Source: Piedraia hortae CBS 480.64
Taxonomy: Eukaryota
DNA: 64,000 bases
Direction: 5' to 3'
Assembly: GCA_010093745.1 (NCBI GenBank)
Contig: MU005984.1
Location: 124,001-188,000 of the forward strand
The position numbers and the translations under genes are program-made. The notes under the pieces are model-generated. The model was not told the origin of the DNA and did no database searches. It worked only from the letters and a program-made list of their open reading frames with translations. This document shows positions 44,001 through 57,046 of this stretch, piece by piece; positions within the stretch are counted from its first letter, which is position 1, and each line of letters begins with the position of its first letter.

Positions 44001-45368
44001 TGCATTGACAAGATCATAGAGAAGTTCGGCAAAGGGCATGCGGAAGAGGTGACTGAGGCTGCAAAAGTTGTGGCTGGCGAGTCCGCGTTGAAAGCCCAAG
44101 AAGAGTCGCTGCGGACCGTTTCGCTCCTCTGCCTGTCGTCTGTGGTAGCCATCCTGGACGGCGAGGCTCTGCCCAACTTGTCCGATGTGTTGGGCACATG
44201 TTCAAGCTATATTGAAGAGGCTTTGCAAGATGACAAGCGCAACGACGGAGTTGTCGATGCTGGCTTCAAATTCTCACTTGCAGTGCTGGATTTTCTGCCG
44301 TGGATGATGCCAACAAGCTCATTAAATGGCATCATTGTGCTCGCGGCGCACACAACAAGCTTGGGTATCGGGGGGGCTGCGTCCGTTGCCATCTCTCAAC
44401 TGCACTCACTCGCAGCGCGGCGACTCGCCGCTGAAAAGCTATTCTGCTGCGTAGACCGAACATGGCAGAAGGTTATCGACTTGGGAGTCGAGTCAAGCAT
44501 GCAACACCTGCAAATGCTCCACCTAGCTGTCCGCCACCATGACAAGGCTGCTATTCTGTTGTCTTCGTCGGTCCTTTTTGGAGTTTTGCTCAAGGCTTTT
44601 GATTTGCGTAGACTGACTGCGAATCAAAGTCCGGGCTACTCGAAAGCCATCGCCCTCGTCAATCAGATTGCAATGGACATGGTCCTCAAGATGAGCGACG
44701 CCACGTTCGGGCCCCTGTTCCAACGTTTCGTCGAATGGGCGTCTTCGGGATTGCAAGCAGCTGACGAAGACGGCCGTTCGCTACGCCTCACAAGCCTATT
44801 TAGTTTTGCAAGCGTCTTCTTCGAAGATTTGAAGTCCCATGTGACGTCGTACGCAAACTCCCTGATGGAGCCCGCCGTACAGGTGCTTGATACCGCGAAC
44901 GTTGACGACGAGCTCTTGACTGTGCTCTTACAAGCGCTCTCTAGCAGCTTCCGTCATGATCAGGATGGCTTCTGGCAAGAACCCGCACAATTCGACGCCA
45001 TCTCTCAACCTCTGCTCAATCAGCTGAAACGGGCCAGAGCGGTGACCGACGCTGACAACATCATCCCCACCATTACTGACCTGGCTGTTGCCGCTGCATC
45101 TCCCGAGCATCACAAAACCATCAACGGTATGATTACACCCTACCTGCGCTATCAATCTGCAACTACACGACTGGCCGCTGTTAAATGCGAGCGGGAAATC
45201 ACGGCAAAGCTAAACATTGATTGGCTGGCGTTGCTGCCCGAAATGCTGCCTTTCATCTCGGAGTTGCTGGAAGACGACGATGAGGTCGTAGAAGATGAGA
45301 CACACAAGTGGATCGAACAAATTGAAGGCGTGACTGGGGTGTCTTTGAGAAGTATGTTGGAAACTTGA
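41031..45368 (+). CDS. UTP10: U3 snoRNA-associated protein 10 (HEATR1/BP28CT)
   Basis: MATILQQQLAAI, VEWLIRRFRV, FTFMGSTVLRQHDEYS, VLKMSDATFGPLF, LLPEMLPFISELLEDDDEVVE. Confidence 0.95.
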   Translation: MATILQQQLAAIAANSTHQLDLKAQKLRHSKSLIFEPRQAAKQSFDSIYQDCYNGFDQLCALDFRFMPFSHNLFSDQSINEDRTQMTSAENTELNRVVESFMGLVGGRLLLRPALMAVEWLIRRFRVQEYSTESVILAFLPFHTAKIFAALLSILPEHLPATFKWLHPYVVAHQCPPRHVVLSAAINNHDFFSTFNKYVLDLSKAKHQSDVLLRFWAGITAQVVNSHVDSTMSGREVVRKQREEDVLIKLLPMLQSAISISDAPQLYLGSCMALVILAAKIPLSEAVLDALMSSMAHFWARSTLAGGLKSLAMIAEEKMQPDVPKVVTEGFLKADGAVAVMERLSESSRTQKLTLGLIAGCIEPDVLAGYPQALKTALRLLNTGHLPKQQVEILLERVLPKASEAVDRNQNKTEIVRQLHELAKNLTTATAFRAAADRTSLDLTKLTPGVKFETLSALTKDLGSEKKHANAPTMEAVTPQAVNNPPSSKKRPATPEQIDADSVTGQDENGLAKSEELDEFREALHHSKDHAQLLKSVREESEPEIQRPSAKKLRTRKGCAPRKLEADVDKLGLTVRKLEMVLEQVESSKPRADTEMLKQLFLVMEKIPDYKKIVGSDLIYLQSLVLGSLHLVVNCLKEKAVDVPKHIRPDLIVDCIQSTSNTQVHNTGLLLMSSLASWCPDKTIEHVMPLFTFMGSTVLRQHDEYSAKVTDQTVAMVVPPLARSRKKRGQDVVAGVAKLLISFTAAFEHMPLHRRAGLYKHLVQALGATESLFAVVAMLAERYPLDARLLLFLNDLIGAFPLEVQFHAFEKYTDLVSDGLAKKRNLSNVILGFTDKHSEHVDASVNRLLEALTGILKDSSLRKRVAKQFTKGDLEAKQNLRVSYARLLDKLLDLDLRMSSKGSLKHTLDNTFSASLNLLPTKDFIESSTQLMQEGSDATRRQVFLSLVERVDKAKLGDSSLRQTFLNTLQNCTIFVDDRQPVPVRHAAIMCIDKIIEKFGKGHAEEVTEAAKVVAGESALKAQEESLRTVSLLCLSSVVAILDGEALPNLSDVLGTCSSYIEEALQDDKRNDGVVDAGFKFSLAVLDFLPWMMPTSSLNGIIVLAAHTTSLGIGGAASVAISQLHSLAARRLAAEKLFCCVDRTWQKVIDLGVESSMQHLQMLHLAVRHHDKAAILLSSSVLFGVLLKAFDLRRLTANQSPGYSKAIALVNQIAMDMVLKMSDATFGPLFQRFVEWASSGLQAADEDGRSLRLTSLFSFASVFFEDLKSHVTSYANSLMEPAVQVLDTANVDDELLTVLLQALSSSFRHDQDGFWQEPAQFDAISQPLLNQLKRARAVTDADNIIPTITDLAVAAASPEHHKTINGMITPYLRYQSATTRLAAVKCEREITAKLNIDWLALLPEMLPFISELLEDDDEVVEDETHKWIEQIEGVTGVSLRSMLET

Positions 45369-45535
45369 AGTGAAAGTTATTCATCAGATTTCTTCGCAAG
45401 ATTGATAGCCATGCCCAAAGCTGAAGATATATTCTTCAAACCTTTCACACTAATCTTACGAATCGTACCGCGCCTGCCAAGCTAGTCAACTTGAGCGGCT
45501 CCAGGACATAATTCGTAATACGAGTTGCTGAGTTA

Positions 45536-46348
45536 TTAGGCCACGGGTTCATAATTCCACTGAGCTTGCTGTGTTCTGACCTCTAATTTCCGCGGTTTCC
45601 TTGGCGATTTCGTTGCACTGCTTTGATCTGCCGACCTTATCTCCAATTTCCTTGGTTTTGCACGTGGCTTGCCGTTGGAGTCATGACCAGTCTGTTGGTC
45701 GGAATGGTTGATGTTTCCGCATCCTGGCGGACCGTTCTGTGCGGCTTTGGTTGCGGAACCAACCTGATTAGTTACGCTCTTGACCTGTCCTTGTATTCTC
45801 TCCAACTCGGCTTGGTCGGGTACCTCTTGCTCCTCAATCAAATCCAACATCTTTTCAAGAGCTTTCTTTTGTTCGTCTGTGGCTTTCCACCCCGGAATAG
45901 TTCTTGAGATTTTGCCAAGGGCATTGCCCGCTACGTGCCCAATCTTGAGGAAGGGCCCTCCAATTGCTCCAACACCAGACCCCACGGCTGCGCCCAAACC
46001 TCCAGTTACGGTAGCAATAAGACCCCCAACCAAAACTCCCGTGATCGTTCCCAACCCGACGCCGATACCCGTGCCAAACCCACCGCCAGCCAAAAGCCCT
46101 TGCAAAGCTCCAGACTGAAGGCTCTTGGCGGCCTTCCCCCACTTCTCAGCCTCAACTTGCTTTTGAAAATAGTCGTTTAAAAGTTTCTGCCGCTCCTCCG
46201 GGTCAGCGGCACCAGCAGCCGCTTGCTTCAGCTGGTTCGCCTTTTTTTGTGCGTGAAGCGCAGTCGTAGCAGATTTGGAGGCTTCCTTGCAATGCTTCTC
46301 CTCAGAGAACCTGCTCTGGCTCCCATGGGGGGATGTTTGTTGTGACAT
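45536..46348 (-). CDS. Hypothetical protein with glycine-zipper-like hydrophobic segment
   Basis: 270 aa ORF; GGGFGTGIGVGLGTITGVLVGG..GGLGAAVGSGVGAIGGP; twice-repeated KPRKLE(I/V)R tail. Confidence 0.7.
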   Translation of the reverse strand: MSQQTSPHGSQSRFSEEKHCKEASKSATTALHAQKKANQLKQAAAGAADPEERQKLLNDYFQKQVEAEKWGKAAKSLQSGALQGLLAGGGFGTGIGVGLGTITGVLVGGLIATVTGGLGAAVGSGVGAIGGPFLKIGHVAGNALGKISRTIPGWKATDEQKKALEKMLDLIEEQEVPDQAELERIQGQVKSVTNQVGSATKAAQNGPPGCGNINHSDQQTGHDSNGKPRAKPRKLEIRSADQSSATKSPRKPRKLEVRTQQAQWNYEPVA

Positions 46349-46966
46349 TCCAATATATTGTGCGTGTTGCCTGCAGGAGTTATGTTCCGTCTGTGCAGTG
46401 AGGTCATTTTGCGCTTCGTAAGATCAACCGCGTTCATGCAGATTACGTTTCGACTGCAGAAACTGTGTGGAAAGTGCATCTTGTACAGTTGCCCGATTTC
46501 TCTGGCAAGTTAGGAAACTACTGCCAAGACCATAGATCAAGGGCACATGACAAGTCCGAACGGTGACCATATAGTCCTTGAGAATTGTCTCGACATTTCT
46601 TACGTGCTTCAACCCAGCACTTTCATCAAATGCAGAGATCTGTCAATGTTCTGGAAGTTGATATAACTGGGAGCCCACTCAAGAGAAGCAAAGCTATTTA
46701 CGAATAACGCTAGAGAATGCAGGGCTTGGGTCATTATTGGGTATCGCGCGCTGCGAGCCCGATCAAATGGTTGCGCGCTCAGACACCAAACGTCGATGCG
46801 CGGTTTGGATTTGGGAAACGGCTACCAAGTTGGCTTTCTATAAATCAAGGCGAGGTTCTATGATTTCCCCGCCTCGCACTTTCAGTATGCAGGCAGGGAT
46901 GCATACACCGCATGACAGAGCATATATTCCCCGCTCCGGCGAAAATGAGTCGGATTTTAACGCGAG

Positions 46967-48621
46967 ATGAGTCCTCAAAAGGCCGTCGGCCATGATGTCG
47001 TCCAGAGTGACCTGGATATCGAGGAGAATATTGCACAAGATCCAGACCATGTCTTGGGCGCAACAACGGTGCTCGAGGCACCACCGGCGGTGAGGGCATT
47101 GCCGATGGAACAAAGGAGAGACCTAGAGCGTGCTTTGGTTAGAAAGATTGATACGCGCCTTTTGCCATCTGTTATTATAATGTATATCATGAACTATCTT
47201 GATAGGTGAGTTGCGTTCAAACGCGGAAGAGAAGCTTGAAGGTTGACCATAAACAGGAACAACATAGCCACTGCCCGTTTGGCTGGAGACAAGGGCTTGC
47301 AACAGAGCCTAGGCCTCTCAGACACCCAGTATCAGACCTGCGTCAGCATTCTGTTCGCCGGTTACATCCTGATGCAAATACCGTCGAATCTATTCTTGAA
47401 CAAGTTCGGCAAGCCAGGGATATACCTACCGATCATAATGATGATCTGGGGAGCCATTTCAGCGGCTACGGCAGCGGCAACGTCATTTGGCCATCTAGTA
47501 GCCATCCGCTTCTTCTTGGGCTTTGTCGAGGCGGCTTACTTTCCCGGGTGTCTATATTTTCTGTCCTGTTGGTATACGCGCAAGGAGTTGGCATTTCGAT
47601 CTGCTGTGCTCTTCTCTGGCTCGCTCATCTCCGGTGCCTTTGCGGGTCTTCTTGCTGCCGGAATCACAAGAGGCATGGATCATGTGCGCGGCCGTTCGGC
47701 CTGGCAGTGGCTCTTTATTGTGAGTCATTTTTCAGCAAACCAAATCCCTTCATTAACGCCCCCAGATCGAAGGAGCATTGACTGTAGCCATAGCCATCAT
47801 TGCACTTTTTGTTTTGCCTAACCTACCTCGAACTACAAAGTGGTTATCCGAGGAAGAACGTGAACTGGCTGTTTGGCGGTTGGAAGAGGACATAGGAGCA
47901 GATGACTGGGTTGCATCCGGGGAGCAGCCATTCTGGCATGGCTTCACCTTGGCTCTCAAAGACGTGAAAGTTTGGATCCTAATGATCATGCTGCTCGGCA
48001 TTGTCTCATCAGCATCGGTCACCAATTTCTTCCCTTCGGTCGTTGAAACATTGGGATACAGCCGGTTCAATACATTACTCCTTACTGCACCGCCTTACTT
48101 ACTTGCAGTGGTATGTTTTGGGCCTTTCCAGCTACCAAACACGACTAACCATATAGATCATGAGCTTTCTCAACGCGTGGCACGCTGATCGCACAGGGGA
48201 GCGTTTCTTTCACGTTGCACTTCCGTTGGTCATAACCATAGCATCCTTCGTACTGGCAGCGGCAACTACGGCGACCGCCCCACGCTATGTGGCCATGATG
48301 CTGATGGTACCGAGCGTGTACGCGGGTTATGTCATCGTTTTGGCATGGATATCAAACACAATCCCTCGACCTCCAGCCAAACGCGCAGCCGCATTAGCTG
48401 CCATCAACGCCGTTAGCAACTCTTCGTCCATCTACGCATCATACTTGTACAGCGGAGCCCCGAGATACACTGTTGCATTTTCGGTCAACTGTGGCACGAT
48501 TGTCATGGCAATCGTTATGGCAGCCACGCTTCGCATGCTACTGCTTCGTCTCAACCACCGCCTGGATCGTGGTGAACTAGTGGACGCTGCCATGGGCAGA
48601 GGGTTCCGATTTCTACTGTGA
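46967..48621 (+). CDS. MFS transporter, allantoate/nicotinate permease (ACS/Dal5) family
   Basis: LVRKIDTRLLP, NYLDR/NNIATA, RFFLGFVEAAYFPG, WYTRKELAFR, WQWLFI/IEG, ADRTGERFFH; introns 47206-47256, about 47720-47766 and 48111-48156. Confidence 0.92.
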
Positions 48622-49085
48622 GATATTTCCTCTATAGCGCCACATGAAGCGTACAAATTATCCATGTGCAAGTCACAGAGTACTGTTTGTGGATGGAGCG
48701 TGTAATATTGTCAGGGAATGCTCAACTCTATGTAATCCCGGGTATTCATTGCCCTTTGCCAGGACTACTGTCCGCCCATTTACCCACTCTTCTCTCCTGC
48801 TATCGCCTCAAGATTCGTGAGATGCAGAGCCCGGATCCGATGACAGACGAGAGGCATATGGTGCAGTGTTGACTAACAGTGCTGTGCTTTGTTGTGCTCA
48901 TGGGGTGGGGACGGGACAGATGTGCAATGTTGCGTGTGGGATGGTGTGATGGTGCGATGTGTGCGGGCCGTCGTCGGTGTTTTGGGGGAAGGGGGAGGGG
49001 AGGGGCATTGTGGAAGTACAATATTGCAGTGTGTGCATGGCATGGTTGTGGTTCGAAGCGTGAGGCTGGTGTTAACGTGGATGCT

Positions 49086-51945
49086 TCACACCACATGACT
49101 GCCAATCTGACGTTTGATCTGCTCCCTCGCCCAGCGGGCAGTTTCCTGCGTTCGGGGTGAGAATTCCTTATTGGCACGCGTGTCACGAGCCATAAGCGTG
49201 AGCCAATCATGGCGAAAATAGCTGGCATATTCGCCATTAGGAAAGGCCTCAGCAATATCGCTAAACTAATGTTAGCACGAGAGCGCGAAACCGGTAGGAC
49301 TACTGACCCAATAACGCCCATAGAGCTCCTCAGCAGAGCCTCGGTTCTGTTGGGGTCTTGCCACACGATATGCAGAAGCTGAAAGACCGACTCGATGTAA
49401 TCTGGGCGCAACAAATTGGCTGTAACAATGTCAGTAGAGCAGCAGACACAAAATGTTAAAAACTTACTCTTATTGCTGGACCTCATAGCCATTATAATTC
49501 CTCCCCAAGCATCCATGATGCCTTCGCGAAGGGAAACAATGTAATCCAGCATTTCGTAGTTGCCCACGGTTTCGGTCTGGACGGAAGCACCAGCAGCCTG
49601 CTGCAGAACTTGGGCGACAACCGAGATATACGTCTCGAAGTGGCCGCCAATAGCTTGCGCAATATCACCAAAGCACTGCAGGATGGCTGGCTTAAACTGG
49701 TTCCCCAGATTTGTGGACTATTCGTACGTCAGCATGTTACAATTGCTTCAAAAGGTTCCCACCTACACGTAAATTGTTGAGCAGGCTGTTCATGAATTGG
49801 TCACAGAAGGGCTGAATCTTGATCTCCAGGGCGCGGGACAGATCAGAAACGAGGCCAATAGCCATCGAACAAATTTGTGGCTCGTCCTGGTTATTCAGCG
49901 CGCTGAGAAGGAAGGGCAAGAAACTCTGCATGTATTTCTCAAAGTTTTGCTCAAGAGCATTGGCAAGGGCGCCGATTGCGGCAAAGACTGTGTCAGGCAC
50001 AGAGCTCTTGGCACCCAGCGAGCTTAAGAGGTTCAGCATCAACTGCATAATGCGATCAGCCTGAGGTGCAATTTCCACCTCCAGACGCTGGATAATGCTG
50101 ATCAGCACCGAGGTGAGGGAAGTCTGAATTTCCTCGAGGATCAAGCGATCCTCAACAGACACCACGTGCTGCGCCATCTTCAACGTATTTTCCAACCTGT
50201 CGATGATGACAATGGATAGCTCAGCAACCAGATTGCAGTTGTCGTTCGCAGCATTTGACACAAAAGCGTTGAAGACTTCGTATGCGGCCGTTCGCAGCTG
50301 ATTGTCGTTTGTGCTGCCAGTAAGGTCGAGCAAATGGCGAATGCTGGCCTGAAAGTGCGGGCTAAGGGCGTTGGTAGCACATCCGGGCTCGCCGGCGAAG
50401 CGGTCTGCCAGATTCATAAGGGCCCAGCAGCATGAAGATGCCATTTTGGGCTGCGAGCTCAAGCCGGTAAAAAGAGCGGCGATCAAGGGCTGCAAGTCCT
50501 GATTAGGGTCGATGGTATCGGGAACGCACTCGCAGATGCGGCCCAGGGCATAGGCTGCCGAGTCCTGCACCTGCGGATTTGCGTCGCTCATGGTGCTAAT
50601 GAGGACCGGCAGACCCTGCTTGACAATGGGGGCCAGCACTTTTTCGTCAGGACCCTCCATGATGGCGCCAAGCGCGGCCACGGCGGCATCCCGGTAGTGC
50701 CAATTGCCGTTGGGTAAGTTCTTCTCGATGAAGCCAAGGACAGGCGGAATTATGGCACTGCCCACTGCCTGTGCCCAGAGCTGCAGACATTGGTAAGCCG
50801 CTCGAGAGACATTGTAGTCATCATCGGCCGCGTCTTCGTCTTGCGTAGCCAGCAGTTCCAGCAGCACCGGGACAACTTCTTGCGTTGCAACGCGTGCGAA
50901 GCTAAAGTGCGTTCGCGAAGCCTCTGCGCCATCGCTGGCGACGTTGTCGTCCTCAATGGCAATCTCCTCTTCGCACACGGTGCACCAGAACTCGACGGCA
51001 AGCTTAGCCACGTCCTCTTCGTCGCTCTTCATGCCCTGGATCGTCAGCCCGAATAGAGCCTTCTCCATGTAAAAGCGCATTTTGTCATAGTACAGCCCCA
51101 TGATACGGTTCAGACATCCATAGGCGCCCTGCTGGATGCGCGTGTCCGGGGCCTGGGTTGCTTCGCAAACAACCTGCATGATGTAATTTCGCTCGCCTTC
51201 ATTCTCAAAGTTGGAGCGCACAAACTCGAGGGAATCACCCAGCGCCGAAATGGCTGCGTTGCGGGCATCTTGGTTCGGCTCTTCCTTGCGCGCACCCTGG
51301 ACCACGGCCGTCAGGATGGCGTTGCTGTGTTGTGCTAGGCTTTCACGCAGGTCCTGATCGTCACTCTCGCAAATAAAACCCATTGCGACCAGACTTGACT
51401 GCTTCGTTGCATCACTGTCGGCTCCCACATTTTGCACCAGCGTAGGCATAAGCTCCGGCCATTGTCCGCGGGGCAGCTCGATGGCAGCAATTGACGCAAT
51501 GAACTGCGCCGCCGACTGCCCTGCTTTGGTGTCTGGCGAGCCGAGGGTCTGAAGCGCGAGGGCCTTTACCGCACTCTTGGTCTGGGGATGGATTTGGGTG
51601 AGCCAGCGATTCTGAACCTGACGTAAACGGCTATAATCGCGCGAGGAAAACGAGTTTTTAAGAGCCAAGCCGGCAGCGATGCGGACCTGGGACTGTGCTT
51701 GCTCATTGGCAAGCTCAGTAGAAAGGGTTTGCAGATAACCTTCCTGCGGACACAGTCAGCCAAACAATCCACACCACCGTTGCCCTCGTTTTACTCACGA
51801 AATTAGCTTCGGCCGCAGCATGGAGCTGCTGCTCGGCTTGTGAGCGGATAGCGGGATCTGGGGCAGTTAGCTATATGCATCAGACTGCTGCTGGGCTGTC
51901 CATACCTGCAGCGAGAGTGCTGGAGAGCACCTGATTGACGTCCAT
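49086..51945 (-). CDS. KAP95: Importin subunit beta-1
   Basis: MDVNQVL start, AAGLALKNSF, IELPRGQWPELM, FENEGERNYIMQVVCEATQ, VEFWCTVCEEE, LREGIMDAW; five short introns; 3' end approximate. Confidence 0.95.
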
Positions 51946-52325
51946 GTTGTTCAAACACTCATGCGCCGTGGAGCCGCTTGTGTTGATCTTGCGCAGGAAC
52001 CGGCCTCGCACGTGTCGCTGTCAGCTGCTTTCGGGCCTCAAAAGTGAAGGAGCAGCCAAGTTGTGTTGCCCGGCTAATAATTGGTCAATGCGTGTGCTGC
52101 CACAGTCCCTTTCCGCTGTTTGCACGTCGATAACCTGACTCGGGTGGTGTTTTGGTCACGTGATGGTCACCGCTAGCCCGGAATGGACCTGTGCGTCAGA
52201 GCCCCACCAAAAACGTCCTCAGCTCACCACTGGCTCCACTGAGCAACATAGCAGAATAACACAGAGCTATAAAGTGCTGTCATGCCACATCACGGCCGAG
52301 GTTGGCTCCATCTCGGAACGGCTGA

Positions 52326-53388
52326 TCAAGGGCTGCCTTGCTGGGCTGGCTCAAGCAAGTCGAGTATACGAATCACCAGATCCATAATCTCATCCTCGGC
52401 AACGCCCATTTGGTAGTCCACAAGTCCGAACCGTTCCACTGCATCACATAGATGGACCAGCTCTAGTGAAAGCTGCTCGAGCTCCCGCGCAGTCATCATC
52501 GATTGCGATTCTTGCGGCCGACGACCGGTCAACGCAAGCTTCTCAACCAGTTCATACTGTCTTAGCATGGTTGAAAGCCAGCAACTGTTGAACTCGTCCC
52601 ACAGCTTAATGCGTTCATCGCGGAGCGTCTCATCGTCATTAGTAAGGCCTAGCCCAAAATTAAAACTGAACACGAGTGAAGATGGGATCGACTTTACCAA
52701 ACTGTTCCACATTTCCCAGTAAGTACTGGGATATCTGCAACAGCAAGTCCTTCGCATCCCGCAAATTACCCTCTTTCACGAGGGTAAATATGGTACCGAT
52801 GCGGGCCTGATACTCACCAAAGTCCCGACCAACCGCCTGATTCTCCAGCTGATACTGATCAAGGTATTGGTAATGGACGGCATGAGAGTGATCCACTGGT
52901 GCATTGGCGAACGCATAATGCGCGATCGACGGATCAGTTGGTTGCAGGCTACCAGGCTGATACTGGGCAGCTAACGAATGGGCGGATAGATTGGACGCAG
53001 AGACTGGGTTGCGGTGGTTTGCAATATAATAGGCAGATGGCGTAAACGCTGCACCGGCTCCTTCTCTCCATTGAGGAATATGCTCGTAATGCTGGCTAGA
53101 TCCATACGACATACTCGGACCGTACACTGGATACTGGGCCTGTGCTTGGGGGAAGCGCGATTGCGCGTATTGCAAACCATCGTACTCGTGCTGTTGTAAG
53201 CCATGTGCTGGTTGCGTAGCGCCGCCGACCGTTTCCAAAAACGAAGCGGGATGGTGTTGCAGAAGAATACGGCCGCTGGTGCTGGACGCAGAGCCCTGAT
53301 CAGGTGATTCTACACTTGGTCGTACATGCTCCACGCTGCGATTTTCGGTTGAGGTCGGCTGATCTGGTGGGTTGTCACTATGTTCCAT
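52326..53388 (-). CDS. Conserved fungal RfeG-like putative transcriptional regulator
   Basis: Q/Y/P-rich N-terminus; LLQISQYLLGNVEQF / intron about 52649-52697 / GLTNDDETLRDERIKLWDEFNSCWL..LVHLCDAVERFGLVDYQMGVAEDEI. Start uncertain. Confidence 0.65.
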
Positions 53389-54002
53389 GGCAAGGTCATG
53401 AGAGCACTGGCGCTCCAATCGCTTGGTGTGTGCCTGTTAGTGGCAAACGCCTCTGAAACCAATGGAACGTGCTTGATGGGTAGTATGGTAACCAGAAGCT
53501 GAAGAAGATTCAGTCTGACCGTCTCTCAAATTCCAATGTGAAAAATTCTGCCTCACAACAAGCATGCAATGCTCCCATTGGGGGCGTAAATGGTTGATTA
53601 ACCATGTGTCCAAGCCCCGCAGTCAAGATTGGGGGCGTAAACTTCTGCTACAGTAATTGGCTGTTGTGGCGGCGCCTTGGTCTGGTATGATTCCTCCTTT
53701 TCAAAAAGCGCCTGGTCAATCCCCGCACTCGCCTGGGATCTGAGCGTGGCCCATTATCGGGAAGAAAATTCCAATAATCGAACGTCTGGAGAAACTCGTA
53801 AAGTAATCGCTGTACACATCTGTTCAACTGCAGCTATGACTTGACGTAAAGACTAGGTTACAAAGAAGATCTTGTCAAGGCATTTTCATGGGTTTCAAAT
53901 AGTCAGTTGAGAACGTACGGCACATGATGTCGTCGGAAATTAGCGGCTCCTCTATGGTCCATCTACCTTTATACTCGTGAATGACCATGCCAGAGCACTG
54001 CT

Positions 54003-55234
<1,232 letters not shown>

Positions 55235-55330
55235 CGTGTACCTGGCAAAAAGAAGATGGAAGGGTATGATGGATATATATGTGCACACTGCAGCGAAAAT
55301 CAGATGTGGGACTGCGGAAGAGTTCCGGTC

Positions 55331-56875
55331 TCACGTCAGCCTTGCGGATTCGCAGCCACTCCAAGCCAAGCAGTCGCCGTAATCGGTTGGACTGAGACTC
55401 TTTTGTCTTTCCAAAAGTGGCATTTTGAATTTTTGGTCAAGACCAAGCGCTTGCTGGTGCCATTCTCCTAGAAAAATGCCTTCTGGGTCATTTCGATTGC
55501 GAATTTCAAGCCATTTTTGCAAGTCCTCGCCAAATGCATGTTGGATATAATCTGAAGACGTGAACTGCCAATTCTTGGCAAAGTGCGGCTTCGCACTTAA
55601 ATCGCGCATCAACCACTCGAACGCCTCATAGTAACGATCCTTGCAAGGGGGATCCCTTAGGTATGGACGATACAATGTGGCGTTTAGGTAAAGAGTCGGC
55701 CCCTCGGAGCATGTGTTATCAAGGTATGGGCGGGGACGAAAATTCGTCGTATCGCTTACTCGAACTTCAATGGGACAGTGGACATAGACGCCGTCGATTG
55801 GAAAAGGAATCTTGGCGGTTTCTGAATCACCATTGATCCAAGCCGAAAGACGAGTGATTGCTTCCAGTCCTCGCTCAATCGGGAGGGCCCATTCGTTGAC
55901 AAACTGGGAGTAGAGACAATCCATGAGTAGTCCGGTTCGCATCGACTCGACGGCTGATGATGTCTTGCCCAATTGAAAACCGTATTGCATGCCAAACACG
56001 AACCACTCTACCCAAGGGAGAATAGCCGGGATGTGGTTCGAAATCCAGAGAAGATTGTGATAGATGTGAAATCCCAAAGTCCCGCCGTACCAGCTTGCCT
56101 GCGGCGCGCGAAGAGCTTTATTGGTTTTTTCCGCCGACCACACAATAGCTCTCTTTGTGTACGGCATCCACCATACCCTTGTGAATTCTGTTCTCGACCA
56201 TAAACAGCTATTCCAAGTGTTTAGGACATAATCCAATGATTGTAGAGTCTGAACCCATTCAATATTACAGGCATCTACTAGCTGAAACTCCACTTCGACA
56301 ATGATGCCTAATGCGCCAAGGCTCACCAAAGCTGCTCGGTAAAGATCGATGTTCTGGGACGGTGAGCACTGAACTACCTGGCCGTTACTGAGAACAATTT
56401 TAATCCTTCTAATGTTCTCCGATAGAAGGCCATGCCTGAGTGAGCTACCGTGGGTGGCTGTTGCAATGGCACCGGCGACGCTCTGCTCGTCAATGGACCC
56501 GAGGTTTGGGATGGTAAGGTCAGCTTCATTTGCCTTTTCGTTGAGCTGGTACAGCCTTAGACCTGCTTCCGCCGTAATTGTTTTCTGGGTTTTGTTGATA
56601 TCCAGGATCTTGTTGAAATGGTCCAATGTTACCATCCATGAAGATGAGCAGGTCAATGTACTTGGTGAGTGGCCGCTGCCAACCACCACAAGGCGTTTTC
56701 GGCATTTGCTAGCAAGCTTAATAATCTTTTGAACCTCCTCTATGCTCTGCGGTGCCAGGTACAGCTCTGGACGAGACGAAAACGTCTTGGCCCAAGTATA
56801 GTGGGTATGTGTGATGCTGGCGCGAAACGGAACAAAAGGGTCAACCTGATCAACCTCTATTTTGAGCTTGTCCAT
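55331..56875 (-). CDS. ALO1: D-arabinono-1,4-lactone oxidase
   Basis: TWAKTF, VGSGHSPS (covalent FAD His), NLGSIDEQSVAG, ATHGSS, EVRVSD, LYLNATLYRPY, KPHFAK. Confidence 0.93.
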   Translation of the reverse strand: MDKLKIEVDQVDPFVPFRASITHTHYTWAKTFSSRPELYLAPQSIEEVQKIIKLASKCRKRLVVVGSGHSPSTLTCSSSWMVTLDHFNKILDINKTQKTITAEAGLRLYQLNEKANEADLTIPNLGSIDEQSVAGAIATATHGSSLRHGLLSENIRRIKIVLSNGQVVQCSPSQNIDLYRAALVSLGALGIIVEVEFQLVDACNIEWVQTLQSLDYVLNTWNSCLWSRTEFTRVWWMPYTKRAIVWSAEKTNKALRAPQASWYGGTLGFHIYHNLLWISNHIPAILPWVEWFVFGMQYGFQLGKTSSAVESMRTGLLMDCLYSQFVNEWALPIERGLEAITRLSAWINGDSETAKIPFPIDGVYVHCPIEVRVSDTTNFRPRPYLDNTCSEGPTLYLNATLYRPYLRDPPCKDRYYEAFEWLMRDLSAKPHFAKNWQFTSSDYIQHAFGEDLQKWLEIRNRNDPEGIFLGEWHQQALGLDQKFKMPLLERQKSLSPTDYGDCLAWSGCESARLT

Positions 56876-57046
56876 TTTGCGAATGTCTCCGCGATTCGGC
56901 TGTGCGCTGTACAAGAACGTATCTCGTATAAAGTTTGGACCTTCGGCAGTCTAGATACCGAGGGCCAATTCAACCAATTTGAAGCGTGTGCAAATCCAAG
57001 ACTATGTTACCGTGAATATAGATAATACACCCCTGATCTGCTAATA

